The position numbers and the translations under genes were made by a program. The notes beneath the pieces are model-generated. The model had not been told where the DNA came from. It saw only the letters and a program-made list of their open reading frames with translations, and did not search any database. Of a stretch of DNA of 64,000 bases, positions 10,629-24,114 are shown one piece after another. Source of the DNA: Lama guanicoe (Eukaryota). Numbering within the stretch: the first letter of the stretch is position 1; the number at the start of each line of letters is the position of its first letter. The DNA lies in assembly GCA_013239625.1 (NCBI GenBank), contig MU056000.1:1178001-1242000 (forward strand), given 5' to 3'.

Positions 10629-12679
10629 TGAATGTTTGAGACCCGTGTACAAAAGAACAGACTTGAGCAGGTGGGCGATATGACCGCCCAGCCCTGATAA
10701 CTGAACCTCACTCAGTACAGTGACGACCTGCTCAGACCCTCGCTGTTAGGAGTAGAAACACCGACCACCAGGTTGTGATGGTTCCCAACTGTCCGCCGAC
10801 ACTGTCGCTCTGTCACTGAGAAATGACACCTGGGAGTCTTGAATTACGTGACTCAACTTCCGAAGAAGCAGACAGAGCTCAGGGAAGCAGAGCGAGCTGG
10901 AGAGAGACGCGCCGAGACGCCTTCCTGCGTCCCCACCGCAGCCCTGCACACCCTGTCCCGGGGTCTCTGCTCGTGGTCCCTTCCCGGGACAACAGGCGTG
11001 CTCTGCCCGCGGTGGCCCCTGCGACGCCACGTGACTCCCAGCACCACTGCGTCCGCCAAGACTGCCCGGCACACGCGTCAGGAAGGCTGGTTAACGTTGG
11101 AGAGAATTCTGAATGCCAGGTGGGATCCTCAGAGCAGGCTGGGTTAGCCACATGTCCCCAGGCAGCGCTGACGAACAGGTCTCCTCCCCAGCCAAACCCA
11201 GTCTCGCGCGCTGTGTCCACATGTTCCTTCGGTGGGCCTTTCCCTCAGTTAGACGCTGAGGCCTGGGGTGTTGGACGGGCTCACCCCCAGGTCAGACAAA
11301 GCAGGACGCTGTCAGTGAGAGCATCTGCCGGAGGGAGAGAGGAGGGCTTCTGCGCGTTAGGTATGTAGCTCCCAACTGAATGGTCATTTGAGTAGGTACC
11401 TGCCACCTTCCTGTGACCCCAGGCCAGAGCATCCCCTGAGCTTCCAGGGCGGCAGGTGACCGCGGTCAGCGCTGGGACCGTGGAGTCTCCCTCTGTGCTT
11501 GGCGGTCTGCTCGCCCTGCCCTGGGGGAACTGATAGCGTTTCTTCCTTTAGTAAAACGGGTAACCGTTGCGAAGCCAGCGAGGAGGGCATGCGGGCACCT
11601 CCGCGCTCCTGGCTGCACGAGGCAGGCAGCCGGCCCCCCCCGCCGTCGCCGGGTGCAGTGTCCGGGCTGACACCTCTGCTCCCCTGCCTGACGGGTGTGT
11701 GCGCTGGCTCGTGAACAATCAATACCTCTGCCCCGGCCTTCTCTCTGCAGGTGCGTTGATGGATTGTCTCGTCTTCCTGCGCCCCCACCTCCGTCCCGAT
11801 TTTCTTATCACTTTGTTTCTCTTGCTTTAGGGTTGAGCGTCTGATAACATCTCAGCAGGATGACACCGAGAGAGCTTCCACGACCTTATCCCCCGGCGAG
11901 CGTGTCCTGGTGACTGAGTGCCGGCCGTGCCTGCAAAGCCAGGGCCGTGTTGCCCAGGCTCCCCCGGCCGATTTATGAGCTGTGTTCTGGAGCCAGTGAT
12001 TGCAGGCGTCTGTCGCTGGGCTTTTCTGCCAAAGGTGGCCCCGTGCACCGTTCTGTTACCTGCGTTTAAGGAGACCAGCATCTGTTATACCAAGCCGGCT
12101 CTGGAAACGTGATTTACTCCCCCTGTGACGGGTGGGATGGAGTGCTGAGAGCAAGCAGGGTGCGGCTGATCTGTCGCAAAGGGAGCCTCCTTACCTGCAC
12201 GGAGGTCCCGTCAGGGACAAGCGGCGGGCTGCTCCTGCTCTAGGCGGCTTGTGGCCGTCTGATGCTGTCACGCCCCAGCCCCGCTGCAGACGCCGGGCTC
12301 TGGGCTGCGCCCAGACCACCTGGGGCCCCACCCACCGCTCCACAGCAGGAGGCACGTGCGGAGGCCGCCTGAGCTGCAACCCAGTTTGCTGCTCCAGATT
12401 GGGATCCCTGCCTTCTCTGCCCTCCTCCCGGCGGCGGCAAAACCCATTCTCACCTCCCAGGTGGTGTAAGGACGGCGGTTCCTGGAGGCAGGTGGCAAGG
12501 ACAGTGGAGGCACCTGCCCTTTAAGTCCGGGTTCCCATACCCACTCCTGAATGGACTTGAGGGTCGAATCAGAGCGCTGCCCCTGGCCCCGTGTCTCCCT
12601 GTATCCCTGTCCCTGTGTCCGCCTCTCTCTCTGTCCCCCCTGCTCACTCCTGTCTTGTTCTGTTTTCCCCTCTCTCTTT

Positions 12680-13150
12680 AACTATGAACTTGCTCCTCTT
12701 CATCTGAGATTCAACCACTCACCAAATGCTGAATTTCATGGGATAATTACTAGGACAACATCTGATTCCAGAGAGTGACGACAGAGGTTGAGGATTCTTA
12801 GGAATTATACACAGTCTAGAGATAAGATGTGTATTTAAAGATTTTTAATGCATTGAAAATCTGACCATGTTTTTAATCCAAGATGCTCTCGTTTCCGGCC
12901 ACTCACCGACCTTTAGTGACAGATGAGAGATTGTCCCTCAGGCTGGATCACTGATCTCAGGTCCCCAACTCTGGGCTTCCACTAGGAGGGCTGGCACCCC
13001 TGCGGGAGGGGTCCCACGTGCAGCCCGCATCCCCAGGCCTTTGCCGCACTTCTGTGTCTTCTCCAGCAGTTTTCATAAACGCTCCCCCTCTAAAAGCAGA
13101 TTCTTCGAGATTAATTTCATTAAATCATTCATTTATTAAAAAACAAACCG
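12680..13150. promoter_or_regulatory. Candidate conserved non-coding element(s)
   Basis: Two non-repetitive AT-rich blocks (about 12680-12890 and 13060-13150) with TAAT/ATTA clusters (gataattac, gattaatttcattaaatc). Confidence 0.35.
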
Positions 13151-14379
13151 GACGTCTCCAGGGTCAGCTCGCTGGGCCTGGTGGCACCGAACTTCCTCAC
13201 GAGGTGCCTGATGCACGTCCCGAGCCACGTCCTTCTTTCTAATGCTTAACATCTCAGGTGTGTCCTCAGTTCCCACTGAAAATTTCATTGCCTCTCGAAT
13301 GATTTTAGTTGGTTGGATGCTGTTAACTCCTGCCTTTTAGCTGCACATGAGTAGGAAAAGCCGACCATCCCCGGGCGGTGCGCCTGCCCCGCGACCCCGG
13401 CTCCACAGGGTCTGAGAGGGGTGGGGGGATGCCGTGCTGGCTTCGGATGAAGTCCCTCATCAGGACCGAGCCCAGTCAGCGGAGCACTTTCTTCCTCACG
13501 TGGCGGGGCGTGCTCCCGGCCAACGTCCCGGGTGGACCAGCTCTCCCGGCAGAGAGGGGCCCCCTTCTCTGCCCCCACAAGGTGTGTCCCCCAACCTGGC
13601 TCTGCTGGGGACCCCTTGTCCTGCCCAACTGGGAGCTTCCTGGCCAGGTTGGGGCAGGACGGGCTCAGAAATTGCTGCGGGGTCTCAGTCCACACCCCTG
13701 TTGTGCCACGCATCCACAGAGACCCCAAGGAGGGGAGGGGAGGGGCACATGCCCCTGGGCGGATGGCAGGGCTGGGCGAGGTCGCACTGCCGCCCCTGCC
13801 CCTCTGCTCCCTCAGCGAGCTGGGCTTCATGGCCGCCCGGGCTCAACCCCACACAGGAGAGAAAGCCCCATCCTCCAGCTCCCCAAAGGGTTAGAAGAGC
13901 ACATGAAAAATATCACGTTCCCTGCAGACCTCCCGGGGCTGAGTCCGTGTGTCCCCTCCCGGGGCCAGCCAGTGCTGGGCGGCGGGCAGTGGGCTCACCT
14001 GCAGAGGGGACCGTGGGTGGTGCCAGCAGGAGCTGCTCTGCTGGAAAGGGGTGATAACTGGTGTTTTATTTTCCTTTTAAAAATTGTTGCTCTTCTTAGG
14101 AGGAATAAAAACAAATATAGCTGGGTGACAGTGACAAACCGGGGTAAATACTGCTTAGCTGATGGTAGCTCTAGAGTCACCTGCATTTAATTGTTGGTCA
14201 GGGCATGTTTGATTTTTTACTTTATTCTGTTTTATTATTTTATTTTATCATGGTCCTGAGTTCTTGGTTACCCTTCTCCGGAATTTTTGTGCATTTTCTC
14301 AGGGACCGTATTTTACCTGATGGTGAGCCCCCCAAATTACAAGTTCCAATAAAAGTTAATAACTGACAGCTCTGCTTTT

Positions 14380-14500
14380 TCCCTCAAAAAGTTAAAGGCA
14401 GAACTCCCACCTGACCCAGCAGTCCCACTCCGAGGTACGTACCCAAGAGGTCTGAAAGCTGGGACTTTCAGAAATATTTCTGTGCTTATGTTCACAACTT
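14380..14500 (+). mobile_element. Short L1M ORF2 C-terminal fragment
   Basis: cctcaaaaagttaaaggcagaactcccacctgacccagcagtcccactccgaggtacgtacccaagaggtctgaaagc resembles LKKL-IELPYDPAIPLLGIYPKELK. Confidence 0.7.
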
Positions 14501-15250
14501 TGTCATATTCAGATTATCAATTCAGCGTCAAGATGTAATTTTTTTAAAGCTGGTTTAAGAACTCTTCATTAGAAACGGTTTTGTGTTTTAGGCATCTCTG
14601 CAGCCTGAGCCACAAAGGACACGCATTCCTGGTTCCGACAATTTCACTGCAATATGTCAATTTCAAGCAGGAAATCCGATCTGAATGTGCAACCCCCTCC
14701 TGCCTCTCTGAGAGTCGATAATTCACCATTTTAGGGCAACGGGCCCATTAACACTGAACAGCTTGAGAATACACTCTCCATTGATCAGATAAACAAGTCA
14801 TGAGATATTTTATTACAAAATGATGGACCAATTTAGCCATCTCTTCACCAACAATGGACTTCTATTGAATGTGAAATGGCAAGAAATTTGCCTCCTTGGG
14901 GAGCTATCGCGAGAAATACAAAGTGAAAACTTATCACTAAAATGGCTCTTCTAAACGGATTTATACTGAATTCAGCCCAAGTTTAAGCCAGACCTCTGAT
15001 CAACGAGAGTTTTACAGAATGGTGACGGGTTTTCCTTTGTTAGTCTTATGCTGTATTATTTGCAATATTTTGTTTCACATTTATATCATAATGTTAGCTA
15101 TTTCAGGATGTGTCTTATTGAAATACATTAATTACATTGGAAACTTATATGAGCATTGTTTGTCATAATCCTGAATTCATCTTCGTAAATGAAACAATTT
15201 TAGAAGCATCTCGTGAAGATTTTAAAATTATTTTGTAACTTGAAAACATA
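14500..15250. promoter_or_regulatory. Large candidate conserved non-coding element/enhancer
   Basis: About 750 bp non-repetitive AT-rich island; SOX AACAATGG (14850-14857), overlapping GATA/FOX AGATAAACA (14787-14795), several TAAT/ATTA and TGTCA motifs. Confidence 0.5.
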
Positions 15251-15929
15251 CCGGGGATTGGCTAGGCTGCCTGGGCAGGGTGTGCCGGGAGCTGGTTTGC
15301 ACGTGTGAATCAACAGCACTCGCTACCAACAAAACGCAGGACCAGGGTGTTCGGGGGAAACGTCAAGGAGGCTGTGGGGCTCACCTTTCTGCACCCTCCT
15401 CACGTGGAGTCTTTCGAAGTGCGGGCGCCGTGAAGGTACAGCCGAGAAAACGTCTGAGAGCTGCAGAGGCAGGACAGCCCGATGCTGCCCGGGGCGCCCC
15501 GGCCGTCCTGCGGTGTCTGCGGGATGCTGCTGGCACGTGCGCGTTCACCACCCCGCGGAACCCGCCACGAGCAACCTGCAGAGATGTCTGCGGCCGTCCT
15601 GCTCCTACAGCAGAAGCCGCCCTGGAGCTGGCGTCTTCCTGAGGGTGTCTGCTGATGCCTGATGGTTTGGGGGTCAGGTGGGGCAGGAGACTAGGCCTGG
15701 GAGGAGGGGAGATCATATCAGAGGCTCCTGCAAAGTTGGGTCTTCCGAGGAGTGGCGTCCTTAGTGAAGATCGGGTAAACAAGCCTTCTAGAATATGTTG
15801 CCTGTCTCTAAACTCTGACTCTGCCAGAGAGGGTCAAAGGAAGACGTCCTGCTCATTCTGCTGCACACGATAGCAGCAAGCGAGAATAGCGCCTTCAAGG
15901 AGTTCCCACAGGTGAACTTGTATGAGACA

Positions 15930-16575
15930 CGAGCTCAAAAAAAGATGTATTAAACAGAGGAGGTGAGCTGTCACAGCCATGCGTAAGCAGACTCCGCATG
16001 CTACCAAATCAGAACCACACACAGTTCGGACATTGGAATCATGAGAAACAGAATATGAAATAAATACATTTAAAGAAACAAAAGAGGAAGCTCATAACAT
16101 GAAGTAACAGAGACTATTGAAACTGACATGCTGAATTGACAAAGAGCCAAATAGACTTTCTAGAGGTAAAGAATACGATAACAAAATAAAAGCGATGGGT
16201 CAGTCACATAGAAGCTTAGAAACTGAATTAGAGCTTAAGTTGCTATAGGTAAAATCTGGATGATAGATTTTAGGAAATGACCCAGAATGTACCACAGAGT
16301 TAGAAAGAGATGGAAAACGTGCCAGAGTTCAAAGCACATGACGCCAAGAGTAAGGATGGGTGAAAAGGCAGTATTCAGAGAGGTAGAACATTCCAGAGTT
16401 AACAGGCAGCAGACTGCAAATTCAGGAAGCCTAGTGAATCCCAAGCAAGACAGATAGAAAGAAATTCTCTCCAGGCATAATAATGAGACAGAAGGACAGC
16501 AAGGACCAGGACGAGTTTTCTCTTGTCAAGACAGGAATGAAGATTTACTACAAAGGGAGAACCATTCGGCAGCAG
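15930..16575 (+). mobile_element. HAL1/L1ME-like ORF1 remnant
   Basis: A-rich L1 ORF1-type sequence (aaagagccaaatagactttctagaggtaaag; aaattcaggaagcctagtgaatcccaagcaag; atttactacaaagggagaacc). Confidence 0.55.
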
Positions 16576-16579
16576 TAGG

Positions 16580-17770
16580 CTGAGAAATCCTCGAGGCTTC
16601 ACAGACCTGGGAATCATTTGCATTCCAGGCAGCATGGGGAGCCCTCACGGTGCCTGGGGCATCTGACAGCTCACAGGAGGGCGTCACGTCAGGGGCGGCT
16701 AGCTCAGCCCCAGGCCGTGTGCCCCTCTGACTTCCCCTCACAGAGCTTCAAAGCCATCCTCAAAAGGTCAAGATAATTTCAAAAGCTTAAATGTAAACAA
16801 GAAAAACACAATATTCTTCAAAGGAATAGAACACAATGTGGCATCCAACAATGTGAAATTAATGATTTTCCAACACCAACTGAAAAATACATCAGGGCAG
16901 GACAGTGTGCTTCAGGATCAAGAGAAGAAGTCTAGTCAGTCATTGCTCAATAGCTGCTTCTCATTAGGAGCCACAGAGGCCAGAGGAGGTGGACCGACAT
17001 CTTCAGAGTGTTGGAAGAAGATAGCTTTTCAATCTCAGATATTGTATCCGGTGAAGATGTCCAAGAAAGGAGGCAGAATAAGATATTTTCAAACGTAACA
17101 ATAAAACTCATCAGCAGCAGACCTTCTGCATCACAAAAGATGCGGAAGACAGTTCTCTAAGGTGAAGAATGGCACCAGATGGAAACCAGACGTTCAAAAA
17201 AGAGTACCAGGAATGGTGACTATGTGAAGAAATTCAAAATGTTGGGTTTTTTTCTTATTGACTTTGAATAAACCATAAACTGCTTTAAAAAACCTGTAAC
17301 ATTGTATCATTCAAAAGGACTGAAATAACAAAAAGTATGTCTTTGGACATGAATGAAATTTACCTAGAAATCAATAACAAAATGTGCAGAATTTCCTCAA
17401 ATATTTGGAAGTTAAACAACTCAATTCTAAGTCACCGAAACATCTCACCCTCAGCCCAGCATAAGAAATCAGTAAACATTCTGAACTGAATGAAAATGAA
17501 ATCACAACATACCAACAAATCACAGAGTGCAGCTAAAGCTGCGCACAGAGGGCAATTAGTAGCCTTAAAATGCTCAGAACAGAAGGAAGGACTCACCTAA
17601 ATGATCTAAGCTTCTCTTTATAAAAACTAGGAAAAGAAGAGAAACTCAAGCCTAAAAGAAGCTGAAGTGAAGGAAGAGAAATTGGAAAGGCAATGGAATC
17701 ACTGAAAGTCAATGATGTAAAAAGCGAGTTCTTTGTACAGATTAGCACAAGTGAGTAGCCTCCAGCCACA
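16580..17770 (+). mobile_element. Internally deleted ancient L1M (5' end, ORF1 C-terminus and ORF2 fragments)
   Basis: ORF 16838-17098 contains FQSQILYPVKMS, resembling ORF1 QPRILYPAKLS; ORF2 pieces ctagaaatcaataacaaaa, aatatttggaagttaaacaac and aatgatctaagcttc...aaactaggaaaagaagag. Confidence 0.7.
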
Positions 17771-17809
17771 GGGCAGCACGTCGCAGTCCAGTGGGCACAG
17801 GTCTGGCTC

Positions 17810-18120
17810 TTTTCTTTTGTTACGCCTTTAACTTCTCCTCCTCCATCTTCTCTGTCGGCTTTCTGGAACTTGTGTGTGGACCACATTTCTTAACTCATCC
17901 CTTCGTTATTTGTCCTCCGTGATCGGGCTGGGTTATATGACCCCCCTCGGGTCTCTAACAGTGTTGAGCTCATCTTTATGTTTTATTTCAGCCATCCCAT
18001 GTTCAATGGCCACTGGCTCTTCACAGCCTCCTTGTGAAGATCTGTCAGTCTACTTCTACAAGTGCAGCATCCTATTGCACCTTTCTGGGGTTCTGATAAG
18101 AAATGTACACATTTTTAGTT
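17810..18120 (-). mobile_element. Decayed antisense L1/HAL1 fragment
   Basis: T-rich sequence resembling antisense ORF1 (ttctcctcctccatcttctctgtcggctttctggaact; ttttatttcagccatc). Confidence 0.4.
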
Positions 18121-19579
18121 CTCTTCCCTTCTTTAGATTTCTTGCATTCCCTAGCATCTGGGGCAGAGAGCTCAGCATCCCCTGTCCATCTGGGGTTATG
18201 ACAGTGTTTGTGGTCATCCAGAGGCATGTCCCTGTTCCTCTCCTGGCCTTGGACTCACCCTGAGAGCCTGAGCCCTTCCATGGAGACCGCTCAGTATCTG
18301 TGGGGACAGTTCTGTGCCCAGGCTGTGGGCAGTGCTGCTGCCACCATCTGGCTGAAGCCGTGTTAATGGATGACTCGCATTTCTGTCCCAGGGGCCCTCT
18401 CTCCTGCCGCAGCCTAGGCCACCCACTCCCTGGCCTGCCACACACACCATGATAGAGCTTCTTGGGAGTCTGGCCAGGAGGGGTTTTCATTCTTAGCCAC
18501 ATCCTTGCTGCCCTGTTCTGTCCTGGGCTGGGACATCCCCACGTGGCTCCATCTGTCACACAAACCCCAGGTCGGCAAGGGTGCCCCATCCACCTTGCAC
18601 AATCATGGCTGTGCCACAGTGTGTGCAGCCCCTGCTGTGTCAGGAGCTTCAGCTGGAGTGCGTGGCAGGCACTTGCAAGCTCAGTCTACCACTTTACATC
18701 ACAAGTGTGCAAAACTGGCTGATGATTAATGGCTAAGACTGTTTAAGGACTGTACCCGATGCTGGAGTGCAGGTGACCCCCTGACAGTGCGGGCAAGGCC
18801 CCTCGCCAGCTGCACCCCGGGGAGGCGTCAGTGTCATTTCCCTTGTTTACCCACCTCTGTCCAACACGCTCACATTGGCAGCTCACGGGGAGGCGCTCCT
18901 GGAGGCCCTGCCACTGACCTCGCAGAGCACAAGGTGCCGCATAGTCCCGATGTCCTGGGCCTGGGGCTGGTCCGTGGGTGCTGCAGGGCTCCGCACCCAT
19001 GGGCCTCCACCTGCCCGCCTCCCCCGGCCAGCCCGGCCCTGCTGCTCTCGCTTCGGGGCCTGCCGTCTTTGGGAAGCGTGGAGGGCTTGGCCCCATACTC
19101 TGAGAGCCAGGGTGGGTCCAGTTTTGGTGCTTCTCTCTGTTGCTGGCTTCTGACTCTGGAGACTCCAGCTCTCCGGTGTGGGCACATGCCCTGTGGCCAT
19201 GCTTTGCTCAGCTGCTCCAGAACCCGGCACCGAGTGGCTCTTCCAGGACCTCTGGGATGCTGATGGCTCTCTTGATGGCCACATGGCCCGTGACAAGCAG
19301 GCCACGAGCACTCAGCATGCACCCGTGGCGTGATGAGTGGACTGGAGGCACACGAGGACGCCATCCTCAGGGGCCAGCTCCACCGTCCAGCTGCTGTTCC
19401 TGCTTTTGTCTGTAAAGGTCGTCCCTCTTCCCTGGTGACACATCAGCCTCCTCAGACAGTCCCTCACGTCTGCCCTCCGAGCTGGACTGGCCTTGCCTCT
19501 GCTTCTCCCTGGGGCCAGTGCCCTGGCAGGCCGGGGCGTACCTCACTGTCCCCTTAGGAAGACAGTGTTTGTCACCCAG

Positions 19580-20110
19580 ATTAATAGTCATATGAAGTAT
19601 GTAGCGTGTGCTGTGGTCTCAGGACTCATGTTTCAACCATGAATGGCTTCTAGGGGAAGTTACTCGTAAAAATGCCTCATTCAGCAAAACTAGTCAGACA
19701 GGCTCTTGACTGGAAAAAAAGTTTGCTGTTAGATGGAGGTTTTTTTTTAAGGGAAAAAAACCTGAATTAAAAAATTATAATTTAAAGTCATGTAATAGAA
19801 ATTGTTCATCTCCCAATCAACCTGTGGTGTCACAATCCTTTATTTTTTTAGAAAAGGTAACAGGGTTTTCTTGAACTCCGAGTAGATTAGATTCAAGCAA
19901 TAAATGTGGATGCACCTGAGTTCATGTACTAACGCTGATTATAAATCGGACAGTTTCTCAGGGGATGAGCAACATAAATTAATCTTGTAGTTTTTGATGT
20001 CTTAAAGTAAAAAAGAATGAAGTGGACATAATTCATTGATATTTAGAGAACATTAAACATGTCCTGCAGTTTATTTTTTCTGGCTGAAACCATTTGGGAT
20101 TTGAACAACT
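19580..20110. promoter_or_regulatory. Candidate conserved non-coding element
   Basis: Non-repetitive AT-rich island with posterior HOX-type CTCGTAAAA and CATAAATTAAT and several TAAT motifs. Confidence 0.4.
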
Positions 20111-23100
20111 ACTCCTTTTAAAGAGCAGAGAAAAAAGGCTGTACTTCTGCCGAGAAGGCTCCCTGGAGCCCGAGACGTGCGTGGAGGAAATGGTCTCTGA
20201 GAAGCCGGAGCACCCTCCTGCCGGCTCTCCCGTGGCCGTCTGGATGGTGACCCCCAGCTGGCTCACCCTTCCACTCCCCCGGTACCGGGAAAGGCGTTTC
20301 AGCATCGGCCGTGGGAGGCGCCACCTTTCCCCTCTAGGAGGCCTGCTCGCATCTTGCCAGACTCGTGGCATCTCAAGTTAGAGGTGGCCGGCCCCCCTTC
20401 AGCCCCTGTGGTGGTGTGACCGGGGCGCCCGGCCCGTGGACGGCGCCCACGTGTGCCGATGCAGGAGCAGGACTTTTAAGACTCAGTCCCTCCTGCCTGA
20501 CGGCCCACGATACCTATTTGCACCGACATCACCGTCTTTGCGTTTCATTTCTGTGTTTGTTAGTTGTTTATTTCCAGGCAACTGGTTTTAAAACTGAGAT
20601 GATCCGAGATTTGCGATTAATCTGAGTATTTCGGCCGTGTCTGAGATCAGCGCAGCTGGTTCCTGCTTTAGTGGCTCATGGGAGCCGCGGAGCCTGCGCA
20701 AGCGGTCCGACTGCCACACCCTCTCAGTTGCCCCGGACGCCGGCAGCCGGGAGCGCCTGCCCCGCGCAGCAGGGGGACACGGCGGGGAGCGCTGTGCAGT
20801 CGCTTTGGGTGCGAAAAGCGGTAAGACGATTCAGAGCCTAACGAGAAGCGTTTCGTCTGTCAGGCTGACTGACTTGCGCTTACAATCGAACCTGAACGGG
20901 GCTCTGGATTTCTAGCAGAAGCCGAGAGTTTTCCTTAAATTAAAAAAAGTAAATTCCAGTTCATGTCAGCCAAGTCGCTAACAGTTTTCAAAGTTTCCAG
21001 TCTCACTGATTCTTAATGTCCTGCAAGTGGAGGTGACAGCTCTTGATGGTTACACGCGGGTCACCGTGGTGAGGACGCACGGATGGGAGAAGGAAAGCAC
21101 ACGGTGTGAAGCTCATTTACACACTGGTGTCAACTGCTTTCAAGAAGGAATAAGAAAAAACCTCGCCCCTGTAATGACAACAGTGCCATTCTGGGGGCGA
21201 CCCGAGCCCCGCTGCAGCCCAGGTGGGCCCTCGCAGCGCGGGGAGGCGGGACTGCCCAGAGCAGGCCCCTGGGGACAGCCGGCATCTGCGTGTCCGACCC
21301 AGGGATTCCTGCTGGAAGTGCAGTTCCCTCCCCTGCTGAGCTGTGCGGGGGGTGGGGGGCCAGCCCAGCATGGTGCGTGAATCTCGCCCCGGGGGAGGCA
21401 TCGGGAGCGGGGCAGGCCTGCCCGTTCCCTGCGACACTCCAGGCTGCCACAGCCCCAGCGAAGCCCAGGAGCCAGACTCACCCCCAGCAGACGCGTCCCC
21501 GAGAGCCCGCGACATCCCAGCCTGGATGCTCCCCGTCCCGATGCCCGAAGTGGGGGAGCCCCGCCAGCCCCGCAAGTCTCCGTGTCTGATTGCACGCTCC
21601 GGAAAACACGCTCGGCCTTGCTCTCCGGGAATCCCCAGGAGCCGAAGCAGCAACAAGACAGCTTGAATACTACAGAAAGTCCCAGCCAAGGACGGGGACA
21701 TGCCAGCCTCCCCACTGCCCCTGGCGACAGACTCCAGGTGGGTGGGGCCCTCGGGCTGTCATCCAGTGTCCTCGCTTGAGGAAGATCCTGGTGGAGGTAA
21801 TGGTCAAGTCTATGCCTGTTGAGTCACGTGGCTACAGCAATGCCAACAGGACACCAGGAAGAGAAGGAGCGAAGTGCCTGGAAGCCGAGGGCCTGGGGTG
21901 GCGGGCGTGGGTGGGAAGGGGGTCGGGGGACTCCCGCCTCGGCCAGCACAGCCCTGCAGGTCTGTCCTCGGCAGGGCCTTCATGGACGACCTCGGCCTCA
22001 GTAGCTGGTCCTGGGGATGTGCTGACGTTTGAGGGGGTGTCCAGGTGGGAGCTGCAGGCAGCGTTGGTGGCCCATCCGCCAGGTTTGCGTGGGGCTGGTG
22101 GAGCCTCTGGGGGTGCACCCAGAAGACCAGAGCTGATGTCCTGTCAGGCACGAAGCTGGTCTCTCGTGGGCTCTTACTGCCAGTTGTTGACTCGGGATAA
22201 AGGGCTGAGACAGCGCTTGGCAGGCAGGGAGGGAGTGGTGGGCGTGGTGTGCACGGGGTAGGGGGCGACAGCTGGGCAGACCCTCAGCCCATCACGGGAG
22301 AGAGGGACAAGGAAGAACAGGGCCGCAGGACCCAGGCGGGAACGGTCAGTTCGGGGCCCCTGTGTTCTGAGCAGACGGCACTGGGGGCCGTGCTCACGCT
22401 GGAGTGGTCGGGCACGACACGCCAGGGCTTGGAGCTGTGGCCTCAGCAGCCCTGGCATATCCCTCGTGTCCCTTTAGTCCCCTTGCCTTCCAGAGCGGAT
22501 GGTCTCACTGCTGCAGGAAGTGGGGCGCCCAGAGGCACGCACACCGACCGGCTCCCCGGCTCTGGCTCTGGGGAGCTTGTCCCGTGTGGCTGGGCCAGCC
22601 TGGGCTGCTGTGGGGGGCCCTTCCGTAGGGGAGGGGGCAGCCTCTTGTAGAGAAGAATGTTCTGGAAACAGGCACCACTGGGAAGGTCCCTCTTCTTTGC
22701 AAAGACCTGCTTCAAGGGGCTCCCATATCAGGGAAACTTGGGGAGTCCCCCTGCCTGAGGAAGCTCCCATGATGTCCAGAGAACATTCTTTTTTATTCAG
22801 CGCAGTCTGCGCATGGTCGCTGGGCTTTGAGGGAGGGTTGGAATTCAGCCAGCACAAAGTCCTAATGGACTGAGACATCGCTGAAGTTGTCCCCTGGCCA
22901 GTCCTGGGGACAGTGGCCCCTGTGGGCGCAGCAGAGGGCTGCGTGGGGACCCCCTTGTGGGCTCCCCACCTTCTCCCCGCAGATGAGCGCCCGTCATGCA
23001 GCACCCCTCACAGAGAAACGCCTACCAACCACGTCACTTACTTCTGCAAAATAAGTTACTTTAATAAGTCAGAGAGTGGCGAGGACTGACCGGTGCCAAG

Positions 23101-23204
23101 GGCAGGGGCGGCCTCCTGCGGGCGGCGGCGGGCATAGACCTGCCCTCTGGCAATGAACCCCGACAACAGCTCGATCGCCATGGCCCGCCCACCAGTTGGC
23201 CCGG

Positions 23205-23385
23205 GCGCCCTCCAAATTAGCCACGAAGAAGCCAGGCTGTCAATATTAATTCCACCGCCGAGATTGCTCGTTATGGGAGAACAAAGGTGTTCTGGCTTGG
23301 GCAGAACAACTTAACTGCTGTCTCATAAAATTTAAGCTGCTATTGATCGCCTGCTCCTATTGTGTGAAGGATTAAACACGCGCGT
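23205..23385. promoter_or_regulatory. Candidate developmental enhancer core in a CpG-rich context
   Basis: TGTCA 23238-23242, TTAATT 23246-23251, SOX AACAAAG 23280-23286, CDX/HOX TCATAAAA 23323-23330, SOX CTATTGTG 23357-23364 and K50-homeodomain GGATTA 23369-23374. Confidence 0.5.
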
Positions 23386-23472
23386 GCCCGCACGTGCGCG
23401 CTCCCGGGAGGTGGCACCGGCCGCCGCCCCATCACTCAAGGCTCAGCCCCTCCTCCCCGCCTGCCCGCATCA

Positions 23473-24114
23473 NNNNNNNNNNNNNNNNNNNNNNNNNNNN
23501 NNNNNNNNNNNNNNNNNNNNNNNNNNNNNNNNNNNNNNNNNNNNNNNNNNNNNNNNNNNNNNNNNNNNNNNNNNNNNNNNNNNNNNNNNNNNNNNNNNNN
23601 NNNNNNNNNNNNNNNNNNNNNNNNNNNNNNNNNNNNNNNNNNNNNNNNNNNNNNNNNNNNNNNNNNNNNNNNNNNNNNNNNNNNNNNNNNNNNNNNNNNN
23701 NNNNNNNNNNNNNNNAGAGCCCCTCCCTTCCCAGGGTTACAGCTTAATGAAATGGTCTTCCCTCGGCCTGTTTCGCCTCCTCCTGCACCGNNNNNNNNNN
23801 NNNNNNNNNNNNNNNNNNNNNNNNNNNNNNNNNNNNNNNNNNNNNNNNNNNNNNNNNNNNNNNNNNNNNNNNNNNNNNNNNNNNNNNNNNNNNNNNNNNN
23901 NNNNNNNNNNNNNNNNNNNNNNNNNNNNNNNNNATAATGCCCCCTGGATGNNNNNNNNNNNNNNNNNNNNNNNNNNNNNNNNNNNNNNNNNNNNNNNNNN
24001 NNNNNNNNNNNNNNNNNNNNNNNNNNNNNNNNNNNNNNNNNNNNNNNNNNNNNNNNNNNNNNNNNNNNNNNNNNNNNNNNNNNNNNNNNNNNNNNNNNNN
24101 NNNNNNNNNNNNNN
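23473..24114. other. Three N runs (23473-23715, 23791-23933, 23951-24114) separated by 75-bp and 17-bp sequence islands
   Basis: Seen directly. Confidence 0.98.

Noticed and set aside
11735-11835. Two splice-acceptor-like polypyrimidine-AG sites (also one near 41099)
   Set aside because: No supported downstream exon or donor; such sites occur often by chance.
13378-14190. 270-aa ORF with overlapping 206-aa and 181-aa ORFs
   Set aside because: Open frames on both strands reflect stop-codon scarcity in GC-rich sequence; no homology recognised.
20094-20381. Protein-like 95-aa ORF (EKRLYFCREGSLEPETCVEEMVSEKP)
   Set aside because: No recognised homolog and no convincing acceptor/donor pair; a small exon cannot be excluded without RNA data.
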